Shown here piece by piece: positions 60,031 to 64,000 of a stretch of DNA of 64,000 nt. Positions within the stretch are counted from its first letter, which is position 1; the number at the start of each line of letters is the position of its first letter. The stretch lies in assembly GCF_009914755.1 (NCBI RefSeq), contig NC_060925.1, one strand, 5' to 3'. The translations under genes and the position numbers were made by a program. This stretch comes from the human T2T-CHM13v2.0 reference genome, Homo sapiens. The notes below the pieces were generated by a model that made no database searches, was not told the DNA's origin, and saw only the letters and a program-made list of their open reading frames with translations.

Positions 60031-62989
60031 CCTTGCTATAATGACAGCAGGTAAACTTAATCCACCAATCCAGATGTGTAAGAAATAAGGCACTGTCATG
60101 TTGTTGGGTTTTTTTCTAAATTAACTTAAATCTAATCCCTGCTTAATCAGTTTAAATCTAAATCCCACCAATCTGGAGAGAGTTTTAATCCCAGTGATTA
60201 CTGGGCTCTACCTCTCCCATTTGCTTAGTGCCATGAAAAATCTGAGTGGTATGTCTTATTCTGTCCTAAAGCACTGCACTACAGAGGTCCATCCTGTTCG
60301 TGGTTCTCACTGGTTACTTCAGAGAAGCCCATTTTCCATTCTCATATGGTCTTTTCTAGCACCTATCAGCTCTGTACTATGCTTGGGGTCTGGGAATGTT
60401 CACTGGGAGTGGGAATTCCATGGCTTGAGAGCAGCCTCTCTGGATGTACTTCTAGTTTGCCATTGCCCAAAGATGCTGCCAAGGAAACAGGGCAGGGCTA
60501 TTCTACTTGTGGGCCCAGCAGCCTCTGCCCCCACCCCAGTCTGAAGCCTCTCCAACCTTCCTTGGTGACCCTGAAGATGACACTCCTATTCTTGCTTCTC
60601 CATTTGCAGTGAGTACAGTCTTTTGGAAAAGCAGAAAGGTTGCTTTCAAAAAGTTTCTACTTTCCATTCTGCAAACGTCTTTGAAGCAAAAAACAAAAGT
60701 TATCTGCTTAAACTAAGAAGGAACAGAAAAATACAGCAGGAAAAAAAAAACAAATGAATGTCTAGAGACAATTCATGTGGGCAGAACTAGCTCATATAAT
60801 GTGCCCAACATATATGTATATTGAAAGAATGACTGGATTTGAATTAACTCACAATCCTATTAATGTGTTTTACATGTCTTTGCATGTGTTGACAGGCCTG
60901 CATAAATGAATAGAGAATTTTATAGAGAAGGAGAAAGAGAAATCTGACCTGATATTTATGGCCAGCAGAAGAGCAGCCTTTCTGCTTTTTGTCCTGCCTA
61001 TCATATGACCACATCTAGCTTTAGCTCCATGTCAGCTGTGTACTGCAGACACCACCACCATCGGCTTGGCAAAATAAGAGAAAAATAAATATTCTCTCCA
61101 TATGACATGAATCCCAGTATGCCTTTTCCACAGGCTAATAATAGTCTGTCTTCCCCTATAAGGTGGACAGGGAGTGTAAATGATTGATTGCAAGGTAGAA
61201 CAAGACTGTATTTGACCTTTTACCACATGTGAAGTAGAATTGAGAGTTTTAGGTACACTCAGAGTTTAAATCAAGCAAGCTCTAATAGAATCACACACTA
61301 CAGTGTTTAGATAACCTTCCTTTCGAATAGAAAAAACATTTCCACTTCTCCATTCCAAAGCTGAGGTACATTTTGAAAAATGAGAGATCTATTAGCCTTC
61401 TTTATAAAGGGGAAAGAGGAAGAGAAAAAGGTTTTCGGCTGGATTTCTTCTTATTTTTGCAGGAGACATCCAGCAATTGTGCTGTGCTTACAGAAATTTC
61501 ATGCGACTCTCTAAGGCTACATATTGTCTAATATATGGTTGATACTTAAGAATATCAAATAAAAAACACCGCTTCCTAGGAACTGGGCTCTCTTTCAACT
61601 TGAATATTTGGATTTTGCAAAATGTATTTATACCTCCCGGCGCTGAAGTCGATCTGGACTTCAGCAAGTTACCTGTCCTATGGAACTGGCTCTTTTAAGA
61701 ACAAGCCCCTGGCTCCAGGAAGCACATTTGCTCAAATGTAAGCGGGCTGCAATTGAAGCAATTTGCTCCCTAACCACCTTGTAACAATCTTGTTTCTGAT
61801 TCTGTGTTCCTTCTCCAGCTCCCCTCCTGCTTTGGCCCTGAAGATTGAGGGACCATTTTATCTGCACTTCAGAAATCCTTTTCATATCCTATTCCTGGCT
61901 AGGATGCTGCCTCCTAGACCACTAATTCCATGGACCGTTAATCTGTTAAAGTATTCTCCATCTTGCAACAGACTCATATTTGGCTTTCACAGATACTTCT
62001 GACCGCTCATGGCCCCATTTTAAATGAGCCTTAGCCCCATTCCTAAACTGCCTGGATCAGGTTGCTTCATCTCAGAATTTGAATCTTTATCAAAGAATTC
62101 TGGTGTTGTATTTCTAGTTGTAAAAGAATCCCAGGATAGCAAGACACAAGACTTGCCCAAGATAGATACCCAGGCCATCATTCCTATCTAATTCATTTCA
62201 ATCATTGGGAAAGCTAAGTTCTTAAACCAAGATATTCAGCCTTCTTTAAGCAGACTCCTTCATTTAATAGTTGAGGTAGCGAAGTATCATTCTTTTGCGG
62301 CACAAACTCCAAAGACCAGCAGGAAAAAATGCTGATATCCTTTTATTCTAAGGATATAGAATACAAGTTATTTAGGTGCTCAGCGAGACATATGCATCCA
62401 GAAGCATTAGATTGAATGACACAGTCAACACACGGAGGCACATCTCCACTCTCCTCAACATAAGGAAGCATGATTTCTGGTGTTATAGAAGCTGTTTCTT
62501 GACACATTATTGCAGGGAAATGCCCCTGAATTGCAGTTACCAAGTGAAAGCCACATCACATAAGCTATCTGACAAATGAGGAGAAAATCAGGTCACAGAG
62601 CATTATTGGAGAGAAAAATAACGTCAAAGTACTCAACCATAAAATTATAGCTGAGAATGCTGTCATAAGTCAGCACCTCTAATGGAAACAGCAAGGCTAG
62701 CAATTGTTGCTCAGGTACCTGAGAGGCAATGTTCTACAAGAGCGATGGTCACCCAGAACATCAGTGCTCTCTTTCAGTTGGCTGGTCCCCAGCCTCACCT
62801 TCTTCTACCCAATTTGGACCACCTGACCCCACCTTTAGCTTCAGGACTGTTACATCATCAGAAACCAAGCCTAGACTCAGCAATGAGGACTTTAAGAAAT
62901 TCGTGAGCAATATTTGGATGTGACACTCATTCCAGGCCTGACCTCACTTCATAAGATGCACATTCATAATTGTATCTGGATATTTTTCT

Positions 62990-63190
62990 TCTGCTCACTC
63001 AAATTTTACAGTCTGGATTTTGAAACCAGATGGGTTTAAGTTTTTTCACTGAGGAAATTGTAATATCTGACTTCTTGCCTATAAAGTGGAGATAAAATAT
63101 TTACTTGCAGAGTTGTTATGAGCATTCACTGAGATGATAAATGTGAATGGGTCTAGCATAGGGTCTAACACATGGTAAGTGCTAAGCTTG
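62990..63190 (+). mobile_element. MIR SINE
   Basis: ctataaagtggagataaaatatttacttgcagagttgttatgagcatt...acatggtaagtgct. Confidence 0.6.
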
Positions 63191-63360
63191 CTGCTTTTTA
63201 AAATTCCCATACTACAATTCTTCAGTTTCTTTTTCTGTTTTCAGTCTGATGTCTTACTTGTTGACATTATCAATGGCTCATCTCAAAAATTATAATTCTA
63301 ATTTTTTTTAATTTTACTTCTAAAATTATTTTAGTTTTAATTAAGTATATATTCTTCTAG

Positions 63361-63574
63361 ATGTGCACTCTAATACAGTAGCCACTAGACACATGTGGCT
63401 ATTTAAATATAAATTTTAATTATTTATTTTAAGTAATATTTAAAAATTCAGTTCCTCCATTGTACTAGCCACATTTCAAGTGCCCTGTGGCCATGTGTGG
63501 CCAGTGGCTATTATATTGGATAAAACAAATACAGAATATTGTCATCATGGCAAAAGTTCTGTTTGACAGCTCTG
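63361..63574 (-). mobile_element. MER3 hAT-Charlie MITE
   Basis: gtagccactagacacatgtggctatttaaat...aaaattcagttcctc...ctagccacatttcaagtgc...aaagttctgtttgacagctctg. Confidence 0.85.
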
Positions 63575-63667
63575 GAAGAGACAAAATCTAAGGAATTTGC
63601 TAATATACGCTATTACTTTTCTCTGAACATTTAGTTACATTTTCCTTAATGTATCAACAAATGAGAC

Positions 63668-64000
63668 AGGAAGTTCTAGCCAGAGCAATCGGCAAGAGAA
63701 AGAAATAAAAGGCATTCAATAGGAAAAGAAAAAGTCAACTATCTCTCTTCATTGATGGTATTATTCTATATCTAGAAAACCCCAAAGATTCTGCCAAAAG
63801 GCTACATGAACTGGTAAATTATTTTAGTACAATTTCAGAGTACAAAATCTATGTAACATATCTATACACCAATAATGTCCAGGTTCAAAGTCAAATCAAA
63901 AACATGATCACATTTACAATAACCACAAAGAAAATGAAATACCTAGGAATACAGCTAACCAAGGAAGTGAAAGATCTCTATAAGGAGAACTACAAAACAC
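63668..64000 (+). mobile_element. L1 ORF2 (RT region) fragment running off the window end
   Basis: gaagttctagccagagcaatc...tatatctagaaaaccccaaag...aaatacctaggaatacagctaaccaaggaagtgaaagatctcta. Confidence 0.9.

Noticed and set aside
61642-61665. 9-bp stem hairpin gctgaagtc-gatctg-gacttcagc
   Set aside because: Stems this short are expected by chance in a window of this size.

Overview
This is AT-rich, repeat-dense primate nuclear DNA. AluY elements indicate a catarrhine, most likely human. It looks intronic or intergenic. I found no intact protein-coding gene, RNA gene or CRISPR array; almost all listed ORFs are L1, Alu, LTR or chance frames. Main contents: (1) a full-length, decayed L1PB1-type LINE at 3877-10160 with a perfect 14-bp target-site duplication (TSD); (2) many older L1M, L2 and MIR relics; (3) nine Alus; (4) MaLR/ERVL LTRs and ERVL gag/pol relics; (5) two hAT MITEs; (6) a 5'-truncated processed pseudogene of CZIB (C1orf123). 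The most unusual structure is that pseudogene. It is the 5' part of a ~1.86-kb TSD-flanked insertion in an L2, and the 3' ~1.1 kb looks like unrelated genomic DNA (L3 relic, MLT1C, ATTAAA plus A-run), suggesting a chimeric or transduced retrocopy. Other oddities are a perfect 27-bp foldback inside an AluJ, an AluSg/AluY mosaic with intact TSDs, a TAATCC homeodomain-site cluster and several candidate exons. I cannot support a new multi-gene biological system here. Repeat subfamily names come from remembered consensus sequences and need Dfam/RepeatMasker confirmation. Boundaries of old repeats are approximate.
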